In this document: positions 1 through 10,009 of the stretch, one piece after another
Layout of the letters: each line of letters opens with the position of its first letter
How positions within the stretch are numbered: the first letter of the stretch is position 1
Assembly (NCBI GenBank): GCA_963667565.1
Contig: OY763415.1
Location: 576,001-640,000 of the forward strand
Reading direction: 5' to 3'
Source of the DNA: Acholeplasmataceae bacterium
GTDB lineage: Bacteria > Bacillota_I > Bacilli_A > Acholeplasmatales > Acholeplasmataceae
DNA: 64,000 nt
The notes under the pieces: generated by a model
The model's input: the letters and a program-made list of their open reading frames with translations, nothing else
Database searches by the model: none
Told to the model about the DNA's origin: nothing
Made by a program: the position numbers and the translations under genes

Positions 1-62
1 ATCAACAATAACAACATTTCCACACGAAATCGATTGATAGCACAGTAAAGCGGTCAATATAT

Positions 63-90
63 GGTTTACATAATATATATTATACGAACA
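63..90 (-). other. dif: dif site (Xer chromosome dimer resolution site)
   Basis: Minus strand TGTTCGTATAA-TATATA-TTATGTAAACC has the 11-6-11 layout and closely matches B. subtilis dif (ACTTCCTAGAA-TATATA-TTATGTAAACT). It is intergenic and genes are oriented toward it. Confidence 0.85.
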
Positions 91-992
91 AATATAGAAT
101 AAAAATAATAAGGTATTCAAGTTTTAATACAGTTATAATTATATTAATCATATAATAAAAAGCAAATATTCATCAAATACTTCTACTAAATACATTCATA
201 ATATGTATATGAGTATAATAAAAATGTTCGAGAGTAGTTTTTGAGCGGTTTTTATCTTCTTAGCTGTATAAATGTATGTCTTGGGTTCTCATATAGCATT
301 AGAGTGCGTTTTAGGTATTTTTAGGGTATTATTGATAGATTCAATTATAGGGTCAGTTTTAAGTTTTACTTCTTCTACTTTTATACATATACATGTCATC
401 ATTTTTTAAGATTTTGTATGATCTTATTATTAATGGTTTTTTAGGATCTTTGCTTACTCTTTAAAACGAGGAAGGTATTTCTATGACTTTCAATTTCTCG
501 ATTGCTTAAAACGCGTCTAGTATTTACACATACTTTTCTAACCAATTTTTAAATCATAAGTTTTCATCTATATGAGTTAAAAAATAATATATGGTGTTTT
601 AAGTAGTATACACAATTATAGATTCGTATCGATCTTTCGTTCTTGATCTGTCTTAGTCTTAATATATCATTTTAGCTAATTTCTTATTTCTTAAATTCTA
701 GATGTTTACTATGATCTATTTTTTATGATTCATGCTTATGCTAAACACTCATTCACTTTTAATGTTCTTTGTATATTTTTTCATCCATTCATTTAGTTTC
801 TTTAATGCTCTTTATATGACATGTGATCACGCTTGATTTTTAGGATGTTGTCTTATTTTAAAATTAATTATAGATTCATAAACTAAATTTTTATTTTATT
901 TAACAATTTTATAAATAAAGATTTTTGGGCATAAAGTTTAGATATAGTAAACTTACATTTTTATCATATTTTTTTCTTACAAAATTTCAATT

Positions 993-1035
993 AAAAAAGG
1001 ACTTCAAATTCAAGGAGGAATTAACGAAGTCCTTT
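993..1035 (-). terminator. Intrinsic terminator of the hydrolase/CoA-transferase operon
   Basis: AAAGGACTTC...GAAGTCCTTT stem followed by a U run on the minus strand, just after the stop at 1054. Confidence 0.75.
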
Positions 1036-1053
1036 AACAGGTTTAATACATAT

Positions 1054-1944
1054 TTATTTGATATTTAAGAATTCCTTGATATCTTCTGCCAATTGATCTG
1101 GTACATCCACTAAAGGAGAATGCCCACAATTTTCATAGACTATCAGTTTAGATTGTTTTTGTAATGCATTGTAATTTTCTAATACCATATACTCAGGAAC
1201 AGTGATATCTTGTCTACCCCATGTGTGGAGAATTTCTGCTTTTACTTTTGAAATTTGATTCGTACCTGCATTGTAGAAGTTGTGTACATTTGACATGTTC
1301 TGATTAGCAAGTGCCCAATCTGCATCAATTAAATTTCTTTGTTTAAGGGATTCATTGATCCATAACTTGTTTTCTTCTTTTGAAGGATGATTAACTGTAT
1401 AAATCGTCTTTTCAAATATAAAACTAATGAGGTCAAAATTACCGTTTTTTTGAGCTTCTAGTAAAGGTTTGACCTGGACTGCATCTTCTCCCATTTCTTC
1501 TGGAGAAAGGTATGCAAAACCGACTTGTGGCAATCCCTTTTCATCTTTCTTAAAGATAGGATATCCACGATGTGTAGATGCATTTATTAATACGCATTTT
1601 CCAAGTGATTCTGGATGACTTGCTGCAAACTCGAGTGCAACACTTCCTCCTAGTGACCAACCGATTAAATCGGCTTTTTCTATCCCTTTAGCTTGCATGA
1701 ATAAGTAAATGTCTTCAGCTAAATCTGCAAGACTTTTAATACGTCTATAGTATGTAGAATCTCCATACCCTCTTAAGTCTGGTGCAAGCACTTTAACATC
1801 TCTTGGTAATCTTGAAAGTAATGGTGTATAAAATAAACTTGATGAAAAATTACCATGTATTAAGATAAGTGTTCTTTGACCTTGTCCTTGTTCTAAATAA
1901 TGATAGACTTCTCCATTTTTTAAAACTACTTGTCTTTTTTCCAT
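1054..1944 (-). CDS. Alpha/beta hydrolase, Bacillus-type intracellular PHB depolymerase (PhaZ)-like
   Basis: HGNFSS, DLRGYGDS, GWSLGG nucleophile elbow, GYPIFKKD, QRNLID and CGHSP motifs; paralogue of 11066-11956. ATG at 1944 follows a GAGGGG RBS. Confidence 0.75.
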   Translation of the reverse strand: MEKRQVVLKNGEVYHYLEQGQGQRTLILIHGNFSSSLFYTPLLSRLPRDVKVLAPDLRGYGDSTYYRRIKSLADLAEDIYLFMQAKGIEKADLIGWSLGGSVALEFAASHPESLGKCVLINASTHRGYPIFKKDEKGLPQVGFAYLSPEEMGEDAVQVKPLLEAQKNGNFDLISFIFEKTIYTVNHPSKEENKLWINESLKQRNLIDADWALANQNMSNVHNFYNAGTNQISKVKAEILHTWGRQDITVPEYMVLENYNALQKQSKLIVYENCGHSPLVDVPDQLAEDIKEFLNIK

Positions 1945-1959
1945 GTGATAACCCCTCAA

Positions 1960-2781
1960 TTAAATATTATATTTTGTTTCTAATGCGTTGATGAATCCTA
2001 ATATCATTGTAACAAATAATAATGGTTTTTCATACATTGATGCATGTCCAGCACCAGGGATGATAACCATATTTGAATCTTTAATGTGTTCATGTAAATA
2101 TTTTTGATTTTGAATTGGAGTTAAATAATCTTCATCAGCAGCAATAATTAATGTTGGTGCTGTAATCTTATTTAATTCATCTCTTACATCATATCCTTCA
2201 GCACTGTTGGTCAAGCGTTCCATTGCATCCAAAAACTCAGGATTTGAGAATACAGGAATTAAGACTTGTTCTCTTTTCTTCATCCAATCTAATCTTTGTT
2301 CATAATAGCTTGGTGAATAAATAATTGGAATAGCTGCTTGATAATAGTTTTGACCATTTCTAGTTTTTCCAATTGCATTCCAAGAGTATCCAATTTCTGC
2401 AAGCCAAGGAGAGGTGTTTGGTGTTGTATTAAATAACACTAATCGCTCTACTTTATTTGGATGTTTAATGGCGAATTGTAATGCGACTTCACCACCATAT
2501 GAAATACCAACCACATTGACTTTAGTCAAGCTTAATTCTTTTAACAAATAATCTAAGACATCGACTTGAATCGATTGTGTATAAGCACTGTTTAATAACT
2601 TATCACTTTGTCCTTGATCAATAAAATCAACTCTAATGAACATATTGTTTTCTGATAGAGTTTTAACAAAAGGTTCCCATGATTTTGTAGACATCATAAT
2701 GCCGTTTAAAATCAATATAGGTTTGCCCTCACCTTTAACGTCGTAATAGATGGAACGTCCTTTAAAATCTAAATATGCCAT
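1960..2781 (-). CDS. Alpha/beta hydrolase (enol-lactonase/esterase-like)
   Basis: LNGIMMS, DFIDQGQSD, GISYGG, AGHASMYEKP. Confidence 0.8.
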   Translation of the reverse strand: MAYLDFKGRSIYYDVKGEGKPILILNGIMMSTKSWEPFVKTLSENNMFIRVDFIDQGQSDKLLNSAYTQSIQVDVLDYLLKELSLTKVNVVGISYGGEVALQFAIKHPNKVERLVLFNTTPNTSPWLAEIGYSWNAIGKTRNGQNYYQAAIPIIYSPSYYEQRLDWMKKREQVLIPVFSNPEFLDAMERLTNSAEGYDVRDELNKITAPTLIIAADEDYLTPIQNQKYLHEHIKDSNMVIIPGAGHASMYEKPLLFVTMILGFINALETKYNI

Positions 2782-2782
2782 G

Positions 2783-4090
2783 TTAGAAAATCAACTCCAA
2801 TTTCTTTGCTTCTTCCATAAGTTCATCTCTAAACTTAGGATGTGCAATACTAATTAATAATTGTACACGTTCACTAATTGATGTACCTCGAAGTGAAACG
2901 CACCCATATTCAGTAACAACATAATCAACATCATTTCTAGATAATGAGACACCAGCACCTGGTTTTAAGATAGGAACAATTTTAGATATTTCTTCTCGTT
3001 CTCCAGTTTCTGGGTTTTTAACATTTGCAGTTGAATAAAGTGTAATGAAACTCATACCACCTTTAGAATTTTGTGCACCAATTGCTGTATCAGATTGGCC
3101 ACCAGTTCCTGAGAATTGTTTATGACCAAGAGACTCAGATGCACATTGTCCTGTTAAATCAATTTCAATGGTTGTATTAATTGATATTTGATTATCATTT
3201 AAACCAATCACTGCAGGATCATTGACATAGTTTCCATTTAGGATTTGTACACTTGGATTGTTATCAATAAAGTCATATAACTCTTGTGTACCTAATGCAA
3301 AGCAGCATACATGTTTTCCAACATGTGTTTGTTTCTTAAGACCAGTGACTGCACCTGCTTTAATTAAGTGCATGAATCCAGTGGTTAACATTTCAGTGTG
3401 AATACCTAAATCTTTTTTACCCATAAGTGCATGTGCGACTGCATTTGGAATACCACCTATACCAAGTTGTAGTGTAGCTCCATCTTCAATCTTATCTGCG
3501 ATAAATCCACCAATCTTTAAATCTTTTTCATTTGGTTCAGCATCTGGTAATATGGGTGCTTTATAATCTACTTCAATCATATAATCAATATTTGATACAT
3601 GAAGTTCGACATCTCCAAATGTTCTAGGAAAATTAGGATTAATCTCAAGGATGACAATATCAGCTGCTCGACATGCTTCAATTTCATAAACATTAGATAA
3701 AGAAAGTGAAACAAATCCGTGTTGATCAGGAGGTGTTGCAGTACCTACAAACATATTTGGTTTGACATGTTCGAAACGTTTACGACCAGCAAGGTGTAAA
3801 TGATTAGGAATAAATGTAATATTACCGTTTTGATGAGCTTTTCTTAGAGAGCCCGAATAAAACCAGCTGTCAACTGAAAATGATGATTTATAAGCTGGAT
3901 TAACAAAAAATTCAGCATTTTCAAATGGTAAACAATTTGTCACACGTACACCGCTGACTTGACCAGCGACTTCGTGTAATTTTGATAAAAATAATTTTGG
4001 TTCTGCGCCAGCCATCCCAGATACGATGACATCGTTATCTTTAACGAGTTTTAAGGCTTCTTCAACTGAGATAATTTTATGTTCTTTCAT
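2783..4090 (-). CDS. Acetyl-CoA hydrolase/CoA-transferase family (4-hydroxybutyrate or butyryl-CoA CoA-transferase-like)
   Basis: LQLGIGGIPNAV, LGIHTEM, SGTGGQ, DYVVTEYG, IAHPKFR motifs. Confidence 0.85.
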   Translation of the reverse strand: MKEHKIISVEEALKLVKDNDVIVSGMAGAEPKLFLSKLHEVAGQVSGVRVTNCLPFENAEFFVNPAYKSSFSVDSWFYSGSLRKAHQNGNITFIPNHLHLAGRKRFEHVKPNMFVGTATPPDQHGFVSLSLSNVYEIEACRAADIVILEINPNFPRTFGDVELHVSNIDYMIEVDYKAPILPDAEPNEKDLKIGGFIADKIEDGATLQLGIGGIPNAVAHALMGKKDLGIHTEMLTTGFMHLIKAGAVTGLKKQTHVGKHVCCFALGTQELYDFIDNNPSVQILNGNYVNDPAVIGLNDNQISINTTIEIDLTGQCASESLGHKQFSGTGGQSDTAIGAQNSKGGMSFITLYSTANVKNPETGEREEISKIVPILKPGAGVSLSRNDVDYVVTEYGCVSLRGTSISERVQLLISIAHPKFRDELMEEAKKLELIF

Positions 4091-4208
4091 AATACCCTTC
4101 CTTTTTAAAGATATTATCTTGACTGAAGGGGAGCAATCTCTTACTCCCCTTAGTCAACAATAATAGTTAAAATTTACTTATATTAATTTTAAAGGTGCTC
4201 TAACTATA

Positions 4209-4237
4209 AGCATACTGCATTTAAATCTTGTAGTCAA
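4209..4237 (-). promoter_or_regulatory. Putative internal sigma-A promoter upstream of the CoA-transferase
   Basis: TTGACT-17 nt-TATGCT on the minus strand. Confidence 0.55.
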
Positions 4238-4277
4238 CTTTAGTTAGGCGATCTTTTTTAGTGTTGTAAATAAATGA

Positions 4278-5624
4278 TTATTTAGCAACAACTGTAGAAA
4301 TTGATTCAAGACCAATAATCTTCTTGAAAGATACTGTTGGTGAATATTGTAATTGGTTTAATGCTAATGTAGATAAACCAGTTCTATTACCATTTGCCCA
4401 GTCAATTGATCCAGCCATTGGAAGATCTACAGGTGCAGACTCTGCAGCAGCAATAAATGATTCCCAAGTTACTGAGTCTAAGTCAACTCTTTCTAATAAA
4501 GTAACAAATGTTTGAGCAGCAATGTAACCAGCGATTGCATAAGCGTTTGCCCATAATGATTTAGCTGTTGTGTCGCCATCAACACGGTCAGATGAATTCA
4601 TGTCATGAACAAATGTATCCCAATATTCAGCTGTAAAACCAGCAAGATATGAGAAGTCTAATGTCCAACCAGAAAGTGTGCCATCACCACCGATTTGTGC
4701 AGCAGTTGGAGCAGCACCGTTAGCATCAGAAATGTCTACCCATGCATTTGCATAAACTTCGAATGGAAGTGGTGTAGTAGCATCAACCATAGCAGGTGTG
4801 AATACTGAAGCACCATTTACATAACTTGATAATACAGGAACTGTACTTTCAGCAACTCTTAATGCAGTAGTCATTGCAGTTGCAGGAGCTTGGTTAGCTG
4901 ATAATAAGAATACATCAGGATTTAAACCTAAAGCAACTGATGCAACAGCACTTGCAGTTGCAGCACTAAATGGTAAATAAGTAACATTGTCACCAACGCC
5001 TTCAGTAGCAACTTGATCAGTGATACCTAATTTAATTGATTGTCCAGCATCATCATCTGAATAAAGAACAACAATTTTAGCACCTTCTGGTAATTTAGCA
5101 TCTTTGTTAGCGCCAAAGATACTTTCATGAAGTGCTCTTGCGACTAACATTTGACCTTCAGTACGATAGATAGGTTGAACTGATAAGATGTTATTACCAG
5201 GTTCGTTAGTGTAATATAATGAGTTAACACCAGTTACACCATATACCATAGGTACGCCTGATTCTAATAAGTAGTCCATAGTCGCGTTAACTGTATTAGT
5301 TCCAAAATGACCAACTAAAGCAAATACGTTGTCTTCTTCAACTAATTTTTTAGTATAAGCTAAACCTTGAGCTCCATCAAAACCATCATCATAATGTACA
5401 AATTTAATATCTCTACCTTCATGTGTAGCATTGTATTCATCAAATACAACTTGCATTGCTAAGTTAAAAGGTACACCAACACCAGCAAATAAACCTGATG
5501 TAGCTGCTGTATTACCAATAACGATTTCAGTATCAGTAATACCTGGAGTTCCTGATTCAGTTTGGCAAGCCATTAAACCAAAGCCAGCAACTAATACAAG
5601 TAATAATAAATAAAACTTTTTCAT
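4278..5624 (-). CDS. Liv-type (HAAT family) ABC substrate-binding lipoprotein
   Basis: Lipobox LMAC; PGITDTEIVIG, YDDGFD, LVEEDNVFALVGHFGT typical of LivJ/K-like proteins. Confidence 0.85.
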   Translation of the reverse strand: MKKFYLLLLVLVAGFGLMACQTESGTPGITDTEIVIGNTAATSGLFAGVGVPFNLAMQVVFDEYNATHEGRDIKFVHYDDGFDGAQGLAYTKKLVEEDNVFALVGHFGTNTVNATMDYLLESGVPMVYGVTGVNSLYYTNEPGNNILSVQPIYRTEGQMLVARALHESIFGANKDAKLPEGAKIVVLYSDDDAGQSIKLGITDQVATEGVGDNVTYLPFSAATASAVASVALGLNPDVFLLSANQAPATAMTTALRVAESTVPVLSSYVNGASVFTPAMVDATTPLPFEVYANAWVDISDANGAAPTAAQIGGDGTLSGWTLDFSYLAGFTAEYWDTFVHDMNSSDRVDGDTTAKSLWANAYAIAGYIAAQTFVTLLERVDLDSVTWESFIAAAESAPVDLPMAGSIDWANGNRTGLSTLALNQLQYSPTVSFKKIIGLESISTVVAK

Positions 5625-5675
5625 TCTTTTTCTCCTTTTATTTTGTTGTGCGTTTGCACTATTTTTACCAATCTT

Positions 5676-6431
5676 TTATTCATCAGTGGATCCTAAATAG
5701 GCACTGATTAAATCTTTATCATTGAGAAGATCTTTTGCTAGTCCTTCAGCTTTGATTTTCCCAATTTCTAAAACATACCCATAGTCAGCAATCTTTAAGG
5801 TTTGTCTTGCATTTTGTTCAACAATTAAGATTGTTCTACCATCTTCTTTAATTTTTTTAATGATGTTAAAAATATCTTTGATGATGAGTGGTGCAAGTCC
5901 TAATGAAGGTTCATCTAGTAATAATAATTCAGGTGCACCCATTAAAGCACGACCGATCGCTAACATTTGTTGTTCACCACCAGAGAGGGTTGAAGCTTGC
6001 TGTTTGCGTCTTTCGGATAGAATAGGAAAATAACCGTATACTTCATTCAGCAAAGCTTTAACTCTTTCTTTTCGTGAAACTTTTATACCATCTTCATTAA
6101 CTTTTGAGTTAATTGAATAAGCGCCAACTAATAAATTTTCTTCAACAGTTAAATCATTTAAAATCATACGTCCTTCTGGTGATTGCATAATGCCTTTAGA
6201 TACAATTTTAAATGAGTGTTGATTTTGGATTTCTTCACCGTTATAAAGAATTTGGCCTTCTTTGATTTTAGTCAAACCAGAGATAGAACGAATGGTTGAA
6301 GTTTTACCAGCACCATTTGCTCCAAGGATTGCAACAATTGAACCCTTTGGAACATTCATACTTACACCTTTAACGGCTTTAACGATACCATAGTCGATTT
6401 CGACATTTTTAAGTTCTAAAATATTACTCAT
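5676..6431 (-). CDS. livF: Liv-type ABC ATPase (LivF-like)
   Basis: GANGAGKT, LSGGEQQMLAIGRALM, LLLLDEPSLGLAP, VEQNA. Confidence 0.9.
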   Translation of the reverse strand: MSNILELKNVEIDYGIVKAVKGVSMNVPKGSIVAILGANGAGKTSTIRSISGLTKIKEGQILYNGEEIQNQHSFKIVSKGIMQSPEGRMILNDLTVEENLLVGAYSINSKVNEDGIKVSRKERVKALLNEVYGYFPILSERRKQQASTLSGGEQQMLAIGRALMGAPELLLLDEPSLGLAPLIIKDIFNIIKKIKEDGRTILIVEQNARQTLKIADYGYVLEIGKIKAEGLAKDLLNDKDLISAYLGSTDE

Positions 6432-8001
6432 CATCATCATCTCCTAGGTATGCTTTTCTTACATCTGGATTTTGTTGAATTTCTTTAGGTGTTCCTAGTC
6501 CAATACGTTTACCAAATGAAATCGCACAAATTCGATCACAAATTGACATAACAAGTCCCATATCATGTTCTACTAAGAAAATAGTCACGCCATATTCTTT
6601 ATTGATTTTCTTAATCACTTTTGCTAAGTCTTGAGTTTCTGCATCATTAAGTCCTGCTGCTGGTTCATCAAGAATAATTAAGGATGGATCTGTCATTAAT
6701 GTTCTTGCTAGTTCTACTTTCTTTAAGACACCATAAGGAAGTCCATAAGGTGATCTAAAAGCATATTCTTCAATACCGAGGTTTTGTAAGATTTGATAAC
6801 CTTTAGTTCTTATCACTTTATCTTCTCTTAAAAGTTTTTGTGTATGTGCCATATGATCAAGGAATGAAGTGATTAAGAGTGAGTGTGCAGCAACCATTAA
6901 GTTATCTAACACTGTTAATTCCCAAATAAGTTCAACATTTTGGAAACTTCTAGCAATCCCTTCTGAAATCATGTCATGTGTTTTATAGTCATATAAATCA
7001 ACGATATGATTTTCTTTATTTCTTAAGATCATATTACCTGAAGTTGCTTTGTAAAATTGAGTGATACAATTAAATACCGTCGTTTTACCAGCACCATTAG
7101 GTCCAATAAGTCCAAAGACTTCGCCTTTTTTTACATCAAAAGTTAAATCGTTAACTGCTTTTACACCACCAAAATACATTTTTAAATTTTGAATGGAAAG
7201 ATGAATTTGATCATCTTCTAACATATTCATGACAGTTTTAATTTTGCCAACTTCTGCTTCTAGTCTATCGATTTGTTTTTCATTAACGATGTTTCCAGAA
7301 GCTTGAAGTGACTTTAAATTGATGAGCTGTGGCTCATATTGCTTTAATAACTTACCATCTTCTTCATGACGTTTTTCGTTATATTTCATGATTGATGCCA
7401 TAATTGATTTGTTTTTACTTGTTTTGGATTCAATAGATGCTAAATTACGTTTCAAGAATTGTTCAGTTCTTGATTTTAATCTTTGACCTTTGATTTCCAT
7501 TGCATCAAGTTGTTTTTGTTTTTTAAGATCTAAAGCTTCGATTTGCTTATTGATCTTTATTAATTGATTAGGATCAATGGATTGATGAGGTAAGCTTTGT
7601 TCTAATTGTTTTTCAAATTGATCTCTTTTAGCCTTTTCTTTGATATCCCATGATTTTAAAAGTGCATCAATATCATTTTTTTGATCAGATTTCAAAATTG
7701 ATGTTTTATATTTTCTTCTTGCCCAATATGCTTTTTCATCAAACTTTTTAAGTTTTAATGCACGCTTTTGGTCATTTTTTGTTAAACCATCTCTTAGTGC
7801 AATAAGGGGTGTGATATCTTCTTGGTAATAGTTTTCAATAAGTGTTGCTTCCTTTTTCATGAAAGCATCATATTTCTTACTAAACTCAATGGATAAGCCT
7901 TTTAAATAATTAATCTTAAGTAATAACTTACGATGTTTTTTAACATTGTTTTGATTTATATATCTTTCCAAGAAAGTTCCTGGTTTATTCTTCAGTGCCA
8001 T
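6424..8001 (-). CDS. livG: Liv-type ABC ATPase (LivG-like) with a long N-terminal coiled-coil extension
   Basis: C-terminal half has [38 protein letters not shown]; the first ~265 aa are K/Q/E-rich and helical-looking. Confidence 0.85.
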   Translation of the reverse strand: MALKNKPGTFLERYINQNNVKKHRKLLLKINYLKGLSIEFSKKYDAFMKKEATLIENYYQEDITPLIALRDGLTKNDQKRALKLKKFDEKAYWARRKYKTSILKSDQKNDIDALLKSWDIKEKAKRDQFEKQLEQSLPHQSIDPNQLIKINKQIEALDLKKQKQLDAMEIKGQRLKSRTEQFLKRNLASIESKTSKNKSIMASIMKYNEKRHEEDGKLLKQYEPQLINLKSLQASGNIVNEKQIDRLEAEVGKIKTVMNMLEDDQIHLSIQNLKMYFGGVKAVNDLTFDVKKGEVFGLIGPNGAGKTTVFNCITQFYKATSGNMILRNKENHIVDLYDYKTHDMISEGIARSFQNVELIWELTVLDNLMVAAHSLLITSFLDHMAHTQKLLREDKVIRTKGYQILQNLGIEEYAFRSPYGLPYGVLKKVELARTLMTDPSLIILDEPAAGLNDAETQDLAKVIKKINKEYGVTIFLVEHDMGLVMSICDRICAISFGKRIGLGTPKEIQQNPDVRKAYLGDDDDE

Positions 8002-9022
8002 AAACTTTCTCCTTTACGTTTGCAGAAATTTTCTTAACAAGTTTCTTAATATCTCCAAATAGCTGAATAAGACCACCTGGATAAAACATGACGACAATGA
8101 TAATGAGTAATCCATTAATAATGATAGAGTAACTACCTAAGTTAAGAGGTTGTAAGACTGCAAGATTTAATCCAAAAATAACAAATGTTCCAAGTAAAAT
8201 ACCCCAAATTGATTTTGTTCCACCTATAACAACGGCAGCTAATATGTTTAATGCAAATGCTAAACCAACGGATGAGACATCACCATTTCTAACAAACATT
8301 AAACTTAAAATCCCTGCAAGTGTTCCAAAAATACCTGATATTGTAAATGCGAACAAGCGATACTTAATTAAACTGATACCCATGGTTTGCGCTGCTGTTT
8401 CACTATTTTTCATTGATAAGAGTGCACGACCTGTAGGTGAATTGATCAAGTTATATGTGACAATCATCCCTAAGACAACAAAGAATGCTATAAAGTATAG
8501 TGTTGAATTCGATGCAAATTCGATACCCAGGAAAGCAAGTGGTCTTCTTGGACCACCTGATAAGAATCCACCAGTGGTTCCTGATGCATATTCAGGAATA
8601 TTTTTTATAATTTCAATAACGATTTGTGATAAACCCATAGTTACAATCGCTAAATACATACCAGCAATTCTAAGAGATACAAATCCAAATAGCATTGAAA
8701 CGGCGATAGCAACAATAATTGCACCAACTATAGAAACCGTTAAAGGTAGTGTCATATATCTATATAGATAATGCAGTGTAAATGCACCAATACCTACAAA
8801 TGCGCCAGTACCAAGTGATGCAAGTCCACCATAACCAAGTAATAATGCAAAGCCTAAACCTGCTAAATAATAATATGAGGTAGTCACTACAGCACCAAAT
8901 AAATCTGGAGGAATAACACCTGATAAAAATCTTAAAATGACTAATACTAATCCAACAATAACGAAAGCAAATTTTGGATTCTTTAAGAATGGTTTAAATT
9001 TTTCTCTGTAAAATCTTCTCAT
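7985..9022 (-). CDS. livM: Liv-type ABC permease (LivM-like)
   Basis: LLLGYGGLASLG, YLAIVT, SPTGRAL, AAQTMGI, VVIGG. Confidence 0.85.
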   Translation of the reverse strand: MRRFYREKFKPFLKNPKFAFVIVGLVLVILRFLSGVIPPDLFGAVVTTSYYYLAGLGFALLLGYGGLASLGTGAFVGIGAFTLHYLYRYMTLPLTVSIVGAIIVAIAVSMLFGFVSLRIAGMYLAIVTMGLSQIVIEIIKNIPEYASGTTGGFLSGGPRRPLAFLGIEFASNSTLYFIAFFVVLGMIVTYNLINSPTGRALLSMKNSETAAQTMGISLIKYRLFAFTISGIFGTLAGILSLMFVRNGDVSSVGLAFALNILAAVVIGGTKSIWGILLGTFVIFGLNLAVLQPLNLGSYSIIINGLLIIIVVMFYPGGLIQLFGDIKKLVKKISANVKEKVYGTEE

Positions 9023-9024
9023 GA

Positions 9025-9966
9025 TTACACCTTCTTAACAACTTTCTTTCCAAATAATCCTACAGGTTTAATCAAAATGGCAATCATAATTGATAAATAC
9101 AAAATTGTATTACTCCATTGTGTTAAATCCCAATTGACTAAGATTTTTGGGAATAATGTTTGACCGGTCGTTAATATGAATGCACCTGCAAGTGGACCAT
9201 AGAATGTAGAAAAACCACCTAGGATTGATGCATAAAATGCATTAACTTGCATGTCAATCATTGAAGATGATCCAAGTGTACCAATAGCTGCAGTATAAGT
9301 AATTGCTGATAATGCACCAAGTGCACCAGCGATTGCCCAGCTTAATGCATTAACAAAATCTGTATTTACACCCATAAGACCAGCAACTTTTTCATTAGAT
9401 GCAACAGATCTAACACCTAAACCCCATTTTGTATATTTAAGCAAAATGAAGATAGCTGTAATAATGATTGTTGCAAGTCCTAAAGTCACAAGATTGTGAA
9501 TGGGAAGGACCATACCTAAAATACTTACTGTTTCTTTTGAAAATGGGAAACTAACTCTAGTTACAGTAGATCCAAAAACGATTGGAATAATACCAGTAAT
9601 GATGATAACGAGACCCATTGTGATAATTTGTTTTGTTGCAACATTTGTATACTTAGCATTTTTGAAGATAACTGCATGAATTAAATATCCAGCAATAAAT
9701 GAAATGAGTATACCTGCAAGCATAGGTAAGATAATTTGAGTGACAGAAGAAATGACAACGCTTGGCATTCCTAATAAGTCATTTACACCTTGCTTGTCAA
9801 TAAAATAACTCGTTGCGTAAGCACCAATAATCCCTAGTGATCCTTGAGCAAAGTTTGTTGTCGAGCTTGTTTTAAAGATTAATACAATCCCAAATGTAGC
9901 AAGCGACAAGAAACTAAAAGCGATCAGTGAGTTCATAATGACACTAATAATATCTGAACCTAACAT
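9025..9966 (-). CDS. livH: Liv-type ABC permease (LivH-like)
   Basis: TTNFAQG, YTKWGLGVRSVASN, ILGGF, KPVGLFGK. Confidence 0.85.
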   Translation of the reverse strand: MLGSDIISVIMNSLIAFSFLSLATFGIVLIFKTSSTTNFAQGSLGIIGAYATSYFIDKQGVNDLLGMPSVVISSVTQIILPMLAGILISFIAGYLIHAVIFKNAKYTNVATKQIITMGLVIIITGIIPIVFGSTVTRVSFPFSKETVSILGMVLPIHNLVTLGLATIIITAIFILLKYTKWGLGVRSVASNEKVAGLMGVNTDFVNALSWAIAGALGALSAITYTAAIGTLGSSSMIDMQVNAFYASILGGFSTFYGPLAGAFILTTGQTLFPKILVNWDLTQWSNTILYLSIMIAILIKPVGLFGKKVVKKV

Positions 9967-10009
9967 AATTTACCTCTCTTCATAAATACAATCATGTATT
10001 TAATAGTTT

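Noticed and set aside
33..44. 12-mer ATTGATAGCACA shared with the glnA promoter region (29894-29905)
   Set aside because: Not palindromic, and 12-mer matches are expected by chance in 64 kb of AT-rich DNA.
1..990. Possible oriC in the AT-rich gene-free region
   Set aside because: No cluster of TTATCCACA DnaA boxes and no dnaA/dnaN; the dif site and gene orientation indicate a terminus instead.
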